DNA of 64,000 nucleotides from Candidatus Uhrbacteria bacterium (GTDB lineage Bacteria; Patescibacteriota; Patescibacteriia; UBA9934; GWF2-40-263): NCBI GenBank assembly GCA_016188425.1, contig JACPHX010000002.1:2373-66372 (forward strand), in the 5' to 3' direction. The notes under the pieces are model-generated. The model ran no database searches and was not told the origin of the DNA. It saw nothing but the letters and a program-made list of their open reading frames with translations. The position numbers and the translations under genes are program-made. This document shows positions 8,241-18,776 of this stretch, in pieces; within the stretch, counting starts at the first letter, position 1, and every line of letters starts with the position of its first letter.

Positions 8241-10679
8241 TTAGCGAATCACGAAGCTGATGAGGCGGCCGGGGATGTAAATAACTTTGATGATCTCCTT
8301 CCCTTCCAAAAATTTCTCGACGTTTTGTTGAGCCTGCGCGCGATCGCGCGCATCTACATCGGACAATGTGGGTGAGATCTCGATCGTCCCGCGTACTTTC
8401 CCGTTGATCTGCACTGCGACTGTCACCAAATCATCCACAAGCATCTTCTCCTCAAAGGAAGGCCATCCGCTTTCAAAGACGGATGTCTTGTAGCCAAGCG
8501 TCTCCCAAATCTCTTCACAAAGGTGAGGGGCGAACGGAGCAAGGGCACGCACGAGCATTTCGTAGGAAGATCGCGGCAGCACCTCCGCCGAACTCATTGC
8601 GTTTACAAGGATCATCGACGCCGAGATCGCGGTATTGAACTTCATCGCCTCCAGATCGTTCGTGATCGAATGGATCGCCTTATGCGTTGCCTTCTCGATC
8701 GATGGATTCGTTGCGTCCGCGACAGACTCGCGCAGCTTCCAGAGCTTCTCCAAGAAGCGGCGTACGCCGACCGCTCCGTTGGTATCCCAAGGTTTCTGAT
8801 CTTCCAACGGCCCCATGAACATCTCGTACATGCGCAACGTGTCGGCGCCGTACTGCTCGACGACCTCGTCGGGGTTCACGACGTTCCCTCGCGACTTACT
8901 CATGCGCACGCCATCCGGCCCCATGATCGTTCCTTGATTGCGCAACTTCGTAAATGGTTCCTCGAAATCGATATGCCCCAAATCCTTGAGCGCGTAGCAA
9001 AAGAATCGTGAGTATAAAAGATGCATCACCGCGTGCTCAGCGCCCCCAACGTATAAATCGACAGGCATCCAGTAACGAATCTTCTCCTGATCCGCCATCA
9101 CCTCCTCGTTCTTTGGATCGCAGAAGCGGAGGAAGTACCAAGAGGAGTCGACAAACGTGTCCATCGTATCGCTCTCGCGGCGCGCGGGTTTGTGGCACGT
9201 CGGACACTTCACGTCATGAAACGACTCACTGCGCGCGAGAGGTGATTCGCCTGTGGGCTTGAAATCGACATCCGTCGGAAGTCGCACGGGGAGATCGGAA
9301 GCGGGAACGGCAACCGGGCCGCAGTCCTCGCACCAGATAATCGGAATCGGCGCGCCCCAGTATCGCTGGCGCGAAAGGAGCCAGTCGCGGATGCGATAGT
9401 TCGTGACGCGACGGCCTTTGTTTTTTGCTTCAAGGGCGTCGGTGATTTGTTGTTTGGCATTCTCGTTGGTGAGGCCGTCAAAGATGCCGGATTGAACCAT
9501 AATTCCTGGATCCGTATATGCCCCATCGGACGGCATGAATGCCGTCCCTGCGGGGGGTGCGACGACCTGGGTGATAGGCAGGTTATATTTCTGTGCAAAC
9601 GCGTAATCGCGTTCGTCGTGGGCGGGGACGCCCATGACGGCGCCAGTGCCGTAGGTCATGAGGGCGTAGTCGGCGATCCAAATCGGCACATCTTTGCCCG
9701 TGAGCGGATGCTTGGCGTAGGCGCCGATGAATTGACCAGTCTTTTCTTTTTGCTCGGAGCGATCGAGTTCAGATTTTCGCGCCGTGGCCGCACGATAGTC
9801 CATGACGGCTTTTGCATACGCAGGATCGACGAGGACGTCGACGAGCGGATGCTCGGGAGCCAAAACAACATAACTGACCCCAAAAAGAGTATCTGGCCTT
9901 GTGGTAAAGACAGATATGATTGTTTCTCTACTCTGTGGTGGCCAAGGGGCACGCCCCTTGGCCACATTCACAATATCAAAGTCAATTTCTGTTCCTTCAG
10001 ATTTCCCGATCCAATTCTGCTGCATCGCCTTAATCGATTCCGGCCAGTCGATCTTCTCCAAACCAGCAAGCAAACGATCCGCATATTTTGTAATGCGGAA
10101 GAACCACTGTTCCAGATCCTTTTGGCGCACAACGTTCTTGCACCGATCGCATTTTCCATCAATGACCTGTTCGTTCGCGAGCACGGTCTGGCAACTATCG
10201 CACCAGTTCACAGGAGCCGAGGCACGATATATCAGGTCGTGTTTATAAAAAAGGAGGAACAACCATTGCGTCCATTTGTAATAAGAAGGATCCGCTGTAG
10301 AGATGACGCGCGACCAGTCAAAAGAAAGCCCAAGGGACTTCATCTGCCGTGTATAGTTGGCCATCGCATCATTCGTCGTCTGCTCGGGGTGGACACCCGT
10401 CTTGATCGCAAAATTCTCCGCCGGCAAACCGAACGCGTCGTACCCGATCGGGAACAAAACGTTCTTTCCCTGCATGCGCCGCCAGCGCGTCACGATATCG
10501 ACCGCCGAGTAGGATTCCACATGACCAACGTGGAGGCCGGTCGCGGAAGGATACGGGAACATCACCAGGTGATAGAGGGAATCCTGTGCCTTCGATGGAT
10601 CTTCCGTGGGGAAAAACGCGAAATTCTGTTCCCAACGCTGCTGCCATTTTTTTTCGATGGATTGGTGGTTGAAGGGCAT
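8241..10679 (-). CDS. leuS: leucyl-tRNA synthetase
   Basis: [35 protein letters not shown]; start at MPFNHQ. Confidence 0.97.
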   Translation of the reverse strand: MPFNHQSIEKKWQQRWEQNFAFFPTEDPSKAQDSLYHLVMFPYPSATGLHVGHVESYSAVDIVTRWRRMQGKNVLFPIGYDAFGLPAENFAIKTGVHPEQTTNDAMANYTRQMKSLGLSFDWSRVISTADPSYYKWTQWLFLLFYKHDLIYRASAPVNWCDSCQTVLANEQVIDGKCDRCKNVVRQKDLEQWFFRITKYADRLLAGLEKIDWPESIKAMQQNWIGKSEGTEIDFDIVNVAKGRAPWPPQSRETIISVFTTRPDTLFGVSYVVLAPEHPLVDVLVDPAYAKAVMDYRAATARKSELDRSEQKEKTGQFIGAYAKHPLTGKDVPIWIADYALMTYGTGAVMGVPAHDERDYAFAQKYNLPITQVVAPPAGTAFMPSDGAYTDPGIMVQSGIFDGLTNENAKQQITDALEAKNKGRRVTNYRIRDWLLSRQRYWGAPIPIIWCEDCGPVAVPASDLPVRLPTDVDFKPTGESPLARSESFHDVKCPTCHKPARRESDTMDTFVDSSWYFLRFCDPKNEEVMADQEKIRYWMPVDLYVGGAEHAVMHLLYSRFFCYALKDLGHIDFEEPFTKLRNQGTIMGPDGVRMSKSRGNVVNPDEVVEQYGADTLRMYEMFMGPLEDQKPWDTNGAVGVRRFLEKLWKLRESVADATNPSIEKATHKAIHSITNDLEAMKFNTAISASMILVNAMSSAEVLPRSSYEMLVRALAPFAPHLCEEIWETLGYKTSVFESGWPSFEEKMLVDDLVTVAVQINGKVRGTIEISPTLSDVDARDRAQAQQNVEKFLEGKEIIKVIYIPGRLISFVIR
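9938..9965. repeat. REP-like palindrome inserted in frame in leuS
   Basis: GTGGCCAAGGGGCACGCCCCTTGGCCAC, encoding [10 protein letters not shown] just before the FTTRPDT motif. Confidence 0.8.
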
Positions 10680-10707
10680 AAGGCGGATCGTGAGGGTGAT
10701 AAGGGTG

Positions 10708-10733
10708 GTAGGGGTGGGTCTACAACCCATCCA
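10708..10733 (+). repeat. GTAG-type REP-like element
   Basis: GTAGGGGTGGGTCTACAACCCATCC, related to the copy at 13997. Confidence 0.6.
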
Positions 10734-10861
10734 ACGACTGGATAATGGTACGAGTGTGACAAAAATGGAGGGAAGGGTCAAAAATAAGACGAATTGTCAA
10801 CAGTTTTGGATAAAAAAACGACGTTCCTGGGGGAACGTCGTGCATAGGGACTTTTATCGAA

Positions 10862-11830
10862 CTACGGCCGCTGGTTCCCCTGATGCCACTCCTTGCGCGG
10901 CTCCTGCTTTTCCACCGGCGGAAGGGGACGCGAATTCTCGATGACTTTCACGGCCAATTCTTGCGACTTCTTATTCGCCTCCTCGACTTCACGGCGGAGG
11001 AGCTGATTATCTTCCGTCTGACGGGTCAGTTTTTCTTGAAAATGAATGATCTCCGCCTGCATGAGCTGACGCTGGGATTCCGATTCTTTGCGTGCAAATT
11101 CCATCTTCGTCTCCCATTCGCGGTTCATCCGTTCCAAGACCCGTGTCTCCGCTTCCGAGATGTCTTTCTGCAAACGTGCGGGGAATGTTTCTACCTGGCG
11201 TTTGAAATCCGCAAACTCAACTTCCTTCGCTTTTATTTCCCCCTCACGCGTTGCCATGTTTTGTTCCTTTTCCTCACGGACAGATTCAAACTGCGCCTCA
11301 TCGCGAGCCCGCTCCAGCTTGGTCGCGTATTCGTATTCTTCCTTCTCCCTATTCCACTGCTTCCGCTTCTGTTCCATCTGTGCAGCGAGCTCCTGATCAA
11401 GCGTAGAATACTCGGCCTCCATCGCCACTTTTTTCTCTTCGTAGTCCGCGAGCAATTGCTCAAGCGCCTGCGCGGCCACTGTCAAATGATACTCATGCTC
11501 GAGCGTCTGCCGCGACAAATCAATGGCCTTCTGCAAATCCAAAAACGTCTGTTGCTGCGCTTCGACTTTTCCCGTCACTTCGCGGAACGTCTGCTCAATG
11601 CTCTGGGAAAGAGTCTCGATGGCTGTCAGTGTCTCCCGCTTTGCGGATTCCATGGTCGGCCGCATAGAGGAAACAGAACGATCTTTTACCGATCGGACAA
11701 AATCGACTGCGGAGGGATCGTGCACCGCGTGGGCATTCGCTTTAAGCTCTTCGACTTGTTTCTGTAGTTTCTCATACTCTTCCAGGAGCTCCGCTTTGGT
11801 CTTTTTCGTGAACAGTATGGATTGCGACAT
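10862..11830 (-). CDS. coiled-coil hypothetical protein
   Basis: 322 aa, E/K/Q-rich heptad character, WNREKEEYEY motif. Confidence 0.8.
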   Translation of the reverse strand: MSQSILFTKKTKAELLEEYEKLQKQVEELKANAHAVHDPSAVDFVRSVKDRSVSSMRPTMESAKRETLTAIETLSQSIEQTFREVTGKVEAQQQTFLDLQKAIDLSRQTLEHEYHLTVAAQALEQLLADYEEKKVAMEAEYSTLDQELAAQMEQKRKQWNREKEEYEYATKLERARDEAQFESVREEKEQNMATREGEIKAKEVEFADFKRQVETFPARLQKDISEAETRVLERMNREWETKMEFARKESESQRQLMQAEIIHFQEKLTRQTEDNQLLRREVEEANKKSQELAVKVIENSRPLPPVEKQEPRKEWHQGNQRP

Positions 11831-11917
11831 AGAGAATTTTCAAAGACCGTAACATGGGGAGGGAAAAGGTCAAGTATCCTGTACAACCTCCCTTTTTTTG
11901 TCACCATACCATCGACT

Positions 11918-12349
11918 ATGACGCACCAACTCATCCTGACTCCTTTGCAGGTGGCCGTTGCTTCGCTGGAGGCGGCGATCGAAACGCCGGAAACCGGACT
12001 GTCGCCCCTGCAAGAGAACATGCGGCGCGATGCCATCATTCAACGGTTTGAATGCACATTCGAATTGTGTTGGAAAATGATGAAACGAACAATAGAGCAG
12101 ATCGGCGGACGCGAGGAAACAGATGATCTATTTTCAAAAAAAGACCTTTTCCGTCGCGCCCACGAGGCCGCGCTCATCAAAGATCCTGGTGCCTGGTTCG
12201 CCTATCTTTTGGCGCGCAACCAAACCTCCCATGCCTACGACAAGAAAAAAGCAGAGGCCGTGCATGCAAAAGCCATTCATTTTGCCATAGACGCCCGCGC
12301 CCTCCTTACGAAACTCGAGGAGACCTATGCCCCTTCACATACATCCTGA
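11918..12349 (+). CDS. HEPN-domain nucleotidyltransferase substrate-binding protein (HI0074 family), putative toxin
   Basis: RDAIIQRFECTFELCWK; RNQTSH is an Rx4H motif. Confidence 0.9.
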   Translation: MTHQLILTPLQVAVASLEAAIETPETGLSPLQENMRRDAIIQRFECTFELCWKMMKRTIEQIGGREETDDLFSKKDLFRRAHEAALIKDPGAWFAYLLARNQTSHAYDKKKAEAVHAKAIHFAIDARALLTKLEETYAPSHTS

Positions 12350-12626
12350 ACACCTCGACGGGGTGAAAAAAATCCTCCGTCAAATCATTCCGCGTCATCG
12401 AGTGGCCGTGTTCGGGTCACGAGCAACCGGCACGGCCCGCCCGAGCTCTGATTTGGACTTGTTTGTGTACGGCACTGATCCTCTTGACACAGAGACAACC
12501 ACTAACCTCAAGATGGCATTTTCCGAATCGAACTTGCCGTTCTTCGTCGATATCGTCGAGGAGTCAGGTATCGAACAGGATTTTCGAGATGCCATCGAAA
12601 AGCAATTGGTTGATATCCTCCCGTAA
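12327..12626 (+). CDS. minimal nucleotidyltransferase (MNT), putative antitoxin
   Basis: FGSRATG..SDLDL...FVDIV; overlaps the HEPN gene. Confidence 0.9.
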   Translation: MPLHIHPEHLDGVKKILRQIIPRHRVAVFGSRATGTARPSSDLDLFVYGTDPLDTETTTNLKMAFSESNLPFFVDIVEESGIEQDFRDAIEKQLVDILP

Positions 12627-12633
12627 AACGCTT

Positions 12634-12668
12634 ACAAAAAAACAGGGATTGCAGCCCTGTTTTTTTGT
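12634..12668. terminator. bidirectional terminator between the MNT gene and gdh
   Basis: AAAAAAACAGGG-attgcag-CCCTGTTTTTTT. Confidence 0.75.
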
Positions 12669-12671
12669 TTA

Positions 12672-13889
12672 TTATTTTATCGCCTCGTTGATCCTCCTAA
12701 GCGCCAACACGAACGCCGCGCGACGCAAATCCGTCCCAAACTCTTGGCTCAATCGATACACATCCTCCGCCTGCTCGGTCATTATTTTTTTGAGACGGCT
12801 CTCCACATCCTCCACGCTCCATTTCTCTCCTTTGAGATTCTGTTCCCATTCAAACGTCGACACCGTCACCCCACCCGCATTCGCGAGGATGTCTGGAATC
12901 ACAGCGATCCCTCGATCAAAAAGAATGTCATCGGCCTCCGGTGACGTCGGGCCGTTGGCAAGTTCCAAAATTACCTTCGCGCCAATCTGAAGCGCATTGT
13001 GTTCTAAAATTTGATTCTCAAGCGCGGCGGGAATCAAAAGGTCACATGGAAGTTCTAATAATGCTTCATTGGAAACCGCACGGCTTCCAGGAAACCCTTC
13101 CGCCTTTCCCGTCTTTTCTTTCCATGCTTCGACTGCCTTAATGTCAAGTCCGCCTTCGTTCACAATACCCCCTCTTGAATCCGAGACAGCGATAATTTTG
13201 TGGCCGTGCTCCGACCAAATCTTCGCTGCGGTCGCACCGGCATTTCCAAATCCTTGGATGACAACCTTAATCGATCCCAAGAGACCGAGTCGTTGCGCCA
13301 ATGTTTCAAACACAAACCAACCGCCAAGCGCCGTCGCGCGATCACGCCCGAGTGATCCGCCGTGGGCGACCGACTTGCCCGTAAACGTCGCTCCCGTCTT
13401 GTCGCCTGTGAGTTTCTGATACTCATCCGTCATCCAATCCATGATCTGCGGCGTGGTATTCACATCCGGCGCCGGCACATCTTTCTGCGGGCCAATCTCG
13501 TCGACGAATGCGCGCACCCAAGCGCGAGAGAGACGTTCCAGTTCGGTCTTCGACAAGGTCTTTGGATCGACTGTTGCCCCACCCTTCCCGCCACCCATCG
13601 GGATGTTGACGACCGCGGTCTTGATTGCCATCCACAGTGCGAGTGCCTTTACCTCCTGGAGATCTGTCTGTTGATGAAAACGGATGCCGCCCTTGTACGG
13701 CCCACGCGCATTGTTGTGCTGCACGCGATAGACCTCGATATCCATCTTGGACCCATCATCGCGATCGATCATCACGTTTTTCTCGTGGATGTGGTTGGGG
13801 GTCTTGAGTTTCTCGATGAAGGATTCCTCAAAAGGAAAAACGGCCTGGGCGCGGGAAAGTTGGCGGAGGGCATTGTCGAAAGCAGACAT
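12672..13889 (-). CDS. gdhA: Glu/Leu/Phe/Val dehydrogenase (glutamate dehydrogenase)
   Basis: GPYKGGIRF, GGGKGG, DVPAPDV, QGFGNAG, ELANGP, ANAGGV. Confidence 0.93.
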   Translation of the reverse strand: MSAFDNALRQLSRAQAVFPFEESFIEKLKTPNHIHEKNVMIDRDDGSKMDIEVYRVQHNNARGPYKGGIRFHQQTDLQEVKALALWMAIKTAVVNIPMGGGKGGATVDPKTLSKTELERLSRAWVRAFVDEIGPQKDVPAPDVNTTPQIMDWMTDEYQKLTGDKTGATFTGKSVAHGGSLGRDRATALGGWFVFETLAQRLGLLGSIKVVIQGFGNAGATAAKIWSEHGHKIIAVSDSRGGIVNEGGLDIKAVEAWKEKTGKAEGFPGSRAVSNEALLELPCDLLIPAALENQILEHNALQIGAKVILELANGPTSPEADDILFDRGIAVIPDILANAGGVTVSTFEWEQNLKGEKWSVEDVESRLKKIMTEQAEDVYRLSQEFGTDLRRAAFVLALRRINEAIK

Positions 13890-13996
13890 AGGAGGGAAGG
13901 ATGACCCGCCGTCGCCCAAATTGCACTGGGCTATGGCGGGCAGGCAGATATTTTAGAGGTGAACAGAGGATAACAGAAGTCGCGACAAAGACAGGT

Positions 13997-14021
13997 GTAG
14001 GGGCGGGTCTCCAACCCGCCC
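13997..14021 (+). repeat. GTAG-type REP-like element
   Basis: GTAG-GGGCGGGT-ctcca-ACCCGCCC. Confidence 0.7.
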
Positions 14022-14039
14022 ACCGACACGAAAATGATA

Positions 14040-14306
14040 TCAGAATTTATAAACATCGCTGCGGTGGCCGATACGGATGACGGTTATTTTTTTCGATGTG
14101 CCATCAAGAACGAGAACCAGACGAAATTCCCCGACGCGCAGGCGGGCGTCTCCTAACCGTTTATTGTTCAAGAATTTAAGTACGTTGCTTGGATCTTCCA
14201 GCGAACCCAGCCACGCGAGCTTTTCTGCGATTCGCTTTTGCATGGTTGGATCCAGAGACAACAGCTGTTTTTCTGCCTTGCGCAGAAGAAACAATGTGTA
14301 GGCCAT
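14040..14306 (-). CDS. RelE/ParE-family toxin
   Basis: 88 aa; RLRVGEFRLV and IGHRSDVY. Confidence 0.88.
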   Translation of the reverse strand: MAYTLFLLRKAEKQLLSLDPTMQKRIAEKLAWLGSLEDPSNVLKFLNNKRLGDARLRVGEFRLVLVLDGTSKKITVIRIGHRSDVYKF

Positions 14307-14583
14307 ACCGTTTCTTCAATACGTCAAAAGACACCAGACCTTTTCCTGTTTTCATGGACCGCCGAGCAAGCGCGGCGTCTTTCGCCAATGATTCCGAAGA
14401 ATACATCTCGAGATCCTCCATTACCTCGGCAAAATCTTCATTTGAAAAAAAGAATCCGAGGGTTTTCGCCCCACGGGTAACGCGCGTAAACCCGCGAAGC
14501 GCCCGCGAGGGGCTTCGTTGGATATCGCGGATGGAAGCGGTTCGTTCTTTAGAGAAAAACGGGGAGGGGGGAGGGGTAGGCAT
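14176..14583 (-). CDS. Phd/YefM-like antitoxin, with an extended overlap into relE
   Basis: SIRDIQR..., EDFAEVMEDLEM..., upstream of relE. Confidence 0.7.
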   Translation of the reverse strand: MPTPPPSPFFSKERTASIRDIQRSPSRALRGFTRVTRGAKTLGFFFSNEDFAEVMEDLEMYSSESLAKDAALARRSMKTGKGLVSFDVLKKRYGLHIVSSAQGRKTAVVSGSNHAKANRRKARVAGFAGRSKQRT

Positions 14584-14757
14584 AGTGTATAGATTTGTAT
14601 GTAGAGTAGCATCCGAGGGAACGCGGGTCAAAACAAAAAGCTCCGGCGTTCCCATGAGAAAAACGCCGGAGCCGAACGCCAAGGGAACAAGGAACCAAGC
14701 GCCATACCAAGAGCCAAGGATCCAAGTGTCCAAGGACTATAGTGATCACTATAGCGC

Positions 14758-15690
14758 CTATTTCTTGTGTTCCATCGCCTCCAACCACCGCTGCGCGTCC
14801 AACGCGGCCGCGCATCCTGTCCCCGCGGCCGTGACGGCCTGGCGGTATTTCCAGTCGGCGACGTCGCCGGCGGCGAAAACGCCTTCGACATTGGTCCACG
14901 TCGATCCTGGTTTTACCGTGAGATACCCTTTTTCCATTTCCAATTTTCCTTCAAAAATTTTCGTATTGGGCGAGTGGCCGATCGCGAGAAACATGCCGTC
15001 GACCGCCAGATCGGACTCTTCGTTGGTCTTCGTGCTGATGAGACGCAACCCCGTCACCTGTTTTTCATTCCCCATCACTTCCTTCACTCCCGTGTTAAAC
15101 AAAAAATTGATCTTCGGGTTGGTCTTCGCCCGGTCTTCCATGATCGGGGACGCACGCAACTTGTCAGACCGAACCAGTACCGTCACCGATGTCGCGAAGC
15201 GGGTCAGGAACGTCGCCTCTTCCATCGCGGAATCCCCTCCGCCCACGACCGCCACTTTTTTCCCTCGAAAGAAAAACCCGTCGCAAGTAGCGCAGGCGGA
15301 TACGCCGCGGCCTTTGTATTTCTCTTCACTGGGGAGACCCAGATAGTTCGCCGATGCCCCCGAGGCGATGACGACGGCCTTGGCCTGGTATTCCCCTTTC
15401 TCGGTACGGACAACAAACGGACGTCTAGAAACATCAACGCCCAGCACCTCCTCCGCCTTCACGTCGGTTCCAAAACGGACGGCCTGATCTTTGAAAAGCC
15501 GCATCAATTCAGGCCCTTGTATCCCTTTTGGAAACCCGGGGAAATTCTCCACCTCCGTCGTCGTCATGAGCTGCCCGCCCGGCTCCACCCCCTCAAACAA
15601 CACCGGCGCCAAATGCGCCCTTGCCGCATAAATTGCGGCGGTGTAGCCGGCAGGGCCGGATCCGATGATGATGAGCTGGTGCACATCCAT
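14758..15690 (-). CDS. trxB: thioredoxin reductase
   Basis: IIGSGPAG, CATCDG, GGGDSAMEE, FAAGD. Confidence 0.97.
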   Translation of the reverse strand: MDVHQLIIIGSGPAGYTAAIYAARAHLAPVLFEGVEPGGQLMTTTEVENFPGFPKGIQGPELMRLFKDQAVRFGTDVKAEEVLGVDVSRRPFVVRTEKGEYQAKAVVIASGASANYLGLPSEEKYKGRGVSACATCDGFFFRGKKVAVVGGGDSAMEEATFLTRFATSVTVLVRSDKLRASPIMEDRAKTNPKINFLFNTGVKEVMGNEKQVTGLRLISTKTNEESDLAVDGMFLAIGHSPNTKIFEGKLEMEKGYLTVKPGSTWTNVEGVFAAGDVADWKYRQAVTAAGTGCAAALDAQRWLEAMEHKK

Positions 15691-15692
15691 AG

Positions 15693-16010
15693 TTACAAAT
15701 GCTTTTCGATCTTCCCTTTCAAAGACTCCTTGGACATCGACCCCGAAAATTGTTCTACGACCTGGCCCCTCTTGAAAATGATAAAAGTGGGAATCGAGAG
15801 AATGTTGTACTTCTGTGCCAAGGCCCCTTGGTCATCTACGTTTACTTTAGCGACCGTCAATTTATCCCCCATTTCTTTCGCGAGTTCATCCACAAGCGGA
15901 GACATAACCTTGCATGGGCCGCACCAAGGGGCCCAAAAATCCACAATGACGGGGGTCTCGGAGGAGAGGACGGTGCTGTCGAAGTTGGCGGCGGTGAGTT
16001 CGAGAGACAT
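15693..16010 (-). CDS. trxA: thioredoxin
   Basis: WCGPC. Confidence 0.97.
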   Translation of the reverse strand: MSLELTAANFDSTVLSSETPVIVDFWAPWCGPCKVMSPLVDELAKEMGDKLTVAKVNVDDQGALAQKYNILSIPTFIIFKRGQVVEQFSGSMSKESLKGKIEKHL

Positions 16011-16017
16011 AGGGATA

Positions 16018-16054
16018 ATCGTTACGGATTACGGAAGTGTACGGAATTACGGAA
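16018..16054. repeat. TACGGA-based tandem element, copy 1 (just upstream of trxA)
   Basis: 36/37 nt identical to 37938-37974. Confidence 0.8.
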
Positions 16055-16246
16055 ATACGAAAAAGAACAACAACCAGGGTTTCACTCTATCATAGGGCTG
16101 GGAGGAGAGGGAGGTGGGGTGGGGAAAAAACGTGGGAAGGTTTCAAGGGTCGCAAGGATTTCAAGAGCATCAAGCGCAAACAAAAAAGGCACGGCCCGAA
16201 AGCGCATGCCCTTGCGACCCTTGCCGCCCTTGAAACCCTTGGGGCC

Positions 16247-18277
16247 TTACCGCTTCGAAATCCCCTGGATCACCAGCGCGCGCACCCGTCGTTCTTCCTT
16301 GTACGCCTCGATAAGATCCCCGACTTCAGGCTTTACCTTGCCGACATACTGCATCCCGATCTCTTGGCCGGTCTGGCCGGTCTTGATCTCCGAGCGGCCC
16401 AGGCGCAGCTCTTCGATAGTGCCTTCGCCGACGTACTCGCCCAGGTGGGAGAGGCGCAGCTTGAGGCCGGCCACGAGCTTGCCTTGCGTGACCTTGCCGC
16501 CGATGACCCAGCCGTTATCAGTACGCTTGAAGTTCATCAGGACTTCGAAGCGGCCGACTTCCTCGATGACCGTCTCGCTCGGAAGGAGTTTCTCCAGGTC
16601 GGTAATGAGGTCTTCGAAGAGTCGATAAATGACCGTATACGGACGAATCTCCACGTGCTTGTCCCGAGCGAGCGTCTTTGCCGTTTCCGTCGCGGACACG
16701 CCGAAGCCAAGGACGACCGCATGCGTTGCCTCCGCGTTTGCGATATCCGTGTCGTTGACGTTTCCCAATCCTTTTCCAACGACTTTGATGCCGACCTCCT
16801 GGTGTTTCACGGTATCAAGCATGCCCAGAATCGCCTCGAGGGATCCGAGCACGTCGGCACGAATGATGACGTTTACAAACTGTTTCGCCTCTGCTCCATC
16901 GGCCGCCACGGCCTTGATCGACGCGACGTTCTCCGTTCCCACGCGAGACTGCTCGGTCGTCTTCACGCGCTCAAGCGACTTCACATCCTGCGGCACTTCC
17001 ATGATGTCGCCGACGGCCGGCGCCGCTTTCCATCCGAGGATCTTTACCGGGAACGAAGGAGGGGCTTCCTTGACATCCTCCCCGCTCCAATTCTTCATCG
17101 CGCGCACGCGCCCGAACCATTGCCCGCGCGCCGCCAGCGCATCCCCCAAACGCAGCGTGCCGCTTTGGACAAGAACCGTCGCCACCGGACCCGCATTTTT
17201 ATCCACATGCGATTCGATAACGGTCCCGATCGCCAAACGCGTAGGATCGGCGATGATCTTTTCTTTCTCCACCTCGGCCACGAGCAACAGCGCATCCAGC
17301 AGCTTGTCGATGTTCGTCCCCTGCTTGGCTGAAATCGGGACCGCGATCGTCTGCCCGCCCCACTCCTCTGGAATGAAACCGGCGTCGGAAAGTTCGCGCT
17401 TTACCTTTTCAATGTCTGCCCCTGGCGCATCGATCTTGTTGATGGCCGCCACGAACGGAAGCTTGGCGGATTTGATGATGTTGATAACTTCCTTGGTCTG
17501 CGGCCGCACCCCGTCGTCGGCCGCGACGACCAAAATCGCGAGGTCGGCCACCTTGGCTCCACGCGAACGCATCACCGTAAATGCTTCGTGGCCAGGCGTG
17601 TCTATGAACGTCAAAAGCTGGTTGTTGCGCACGACCTGATACGCACCAATATGCTGGGTGATGCCACCGGCCTCCGTTTCCATGACATGCGTCGCACGGA
17701 TGGCATCGAGTAGTTTCGTCTTCCCGTGGTCGACGTGCCCCATCACAACGACGATCGGCGGACGCGGAAGGACACGTTCCTTTTCTTGGGAATCGAGGAT
17801 GGTCTTCAGGCGCATGCTCTCATCTTCCTTCACATCGACCGCCAACCCTTCGTTGACCTCTGCATGGACTTTGTATCCAAGATCCTCGCCGATGATGCTC
17901 GCCGTGTCGATGTCGATGCGGTCATTGATGGAAGCCAGAATGCCGTTGCGCATGAGCTCCTGCATGAGCCGAGGGACGGGAACGTCCAACCGAGACGCCA
18001 ACTCGCGCACCGTCATGACCGCGGGCAAGGTAATATCTTTGATGAGGACCGGGGCTGCGTCGCCCACCGGCCGGCCGGTCATCCCTTTCTGGAGTTCTAT
18101 CTTCTCGGCCAAGTAGTGCTTGCGGCGGTATTCGCCGAACGCACGTTCGATTTTCGGGATCATCCGGTCGTCCACTTTGAGCGCCCGCGCACCGATATTA
18201 AACCCAAGCGTGGGCAGCACGGTGCGAAGCTCTTCGGCAGAACTGTGGAGCCTACGGGCCAATTCGGTAAGATTCAT
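16247..18277 (-). CDS. infB: translation initiation factor IF-2
   Basis: GHVDHGKT, GITQH, DTPGH, NKID. Confidence 0.97.
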   Translation of the reverse strand: MNLTELARRLHSSAEELRTVLPTLGFNIGARALKVDDRMIPKIERAFGEYRRKHYLAEKIELQKGMTGRPVGDAAPVLIKDITLPAVMTVRELASRLDVPVPRLMQELMRNGILASINDRIDIDTASIIGEDLGYKVHAEVNEGLAVDVKEDESMRLKTILDSQEKERVLPRPPIVVVMGHVDHGKTKLLDAIRATHVMETEAGGITQHIGAYQVVRNNQLLTFIDTPGHEAFTVMRSRGAKVADLAILVVAADDGVRPQTKEVINIIKSAKLPFVAAINKIDAPGADIEKVKRELSDAGFIPEEWGGQTIAVPISAKQGTNIDKLLDALLLVAEVEKEKIIADPTRLAIGTVIESHVDKNAGPVATVLVQSGTLRLGDALAARGQWFGRVRAMKNWSGEDVKEAPPSFPVKILGWKAAPAVGDIMEVPQDVKSLERVKTTEQSRVGTENVASIKAVAADGAEAKQFVNVIIRADVLGSLEAILGMLDTVKHQEVGIKVVGKGLGNVNDTDIANAEATHAVVLGFGVSATETAKTLARDKHVEIRPYTVIYRLFEDLITDLEKLLPSETVIEEVGRFEVLMNFKRTDNGWVIGGKVTQGKLVAGLKLRLSHLGEYVGEGTIEELRLGRSEIKTGQTGQEIGMQYVGKVKPEVGDLIEAYKEERRVRALVIQGISKR

Positions 18278-18342
18278 GGGAAATTACAAAAAAGATTGAC
18301 ACAACCTTACCAAGCGCAGGCAAGGGAGTCAATGGAGCTTCG

Positions 18343-18732
18343 TTATGATATAGGCACGAACCTCATGATATCCCGCACCAACTCTGAAAGCGGATGGTCG
18401 GATTTGACCACATACCCAACCGCGCCGAGAGATTTTGCCTTCTCCCGATCCCCCGGCTGCTCGAGGGTCGAGACCAGAAGGACGGGAGTATCGCGCACGT
18501 CATCGTCTTTCTGCACCATGGAAAGGATGTCAAAACCAGTCAGATGAGGAAGGATGAGGTCGGCGACCACAAGCTGGGGACGCCAGCGGTGGATCTCTTT
18601 GAGCACCTGCAATCCGTCCGTCGTGATGCGCGTGTCGACCCCCTCGCGCTTGAGGCGGCGGGCGAGCGTGTCGGCGATGTAGGGATCGTCTTCGACCAAA
18701 AGAACCAATTTGTCGTTCTTGTGCTTTTCCAT
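18343..18732 (-). CDS. single-domain response regulator receiver
   Basis: LLVEDD, ADLILP..GFD, YVVKS. Confidence 0.9.
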   Translation of the reverse strand: MEKHKNDKLVLLVEDDPYIADTLARRLKREGVDTRITTDGLQVLKEIHRWRPQLVVADLILPHLTGFDILSMVQKDDDVRDTPVLLVSTLEQPGDREKAKSLGAVGYVVKSDHPLSELVRDIMRFVPIS

Positions 18733-18776
18733 ACGGCGTGTGACGCTATAATACCACGAGAAAATCACCGCCTTCT

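Noticed and set aside
11918-12626. Novel defence system
   Set aside because: It is a standard HEPN-MNT pair.
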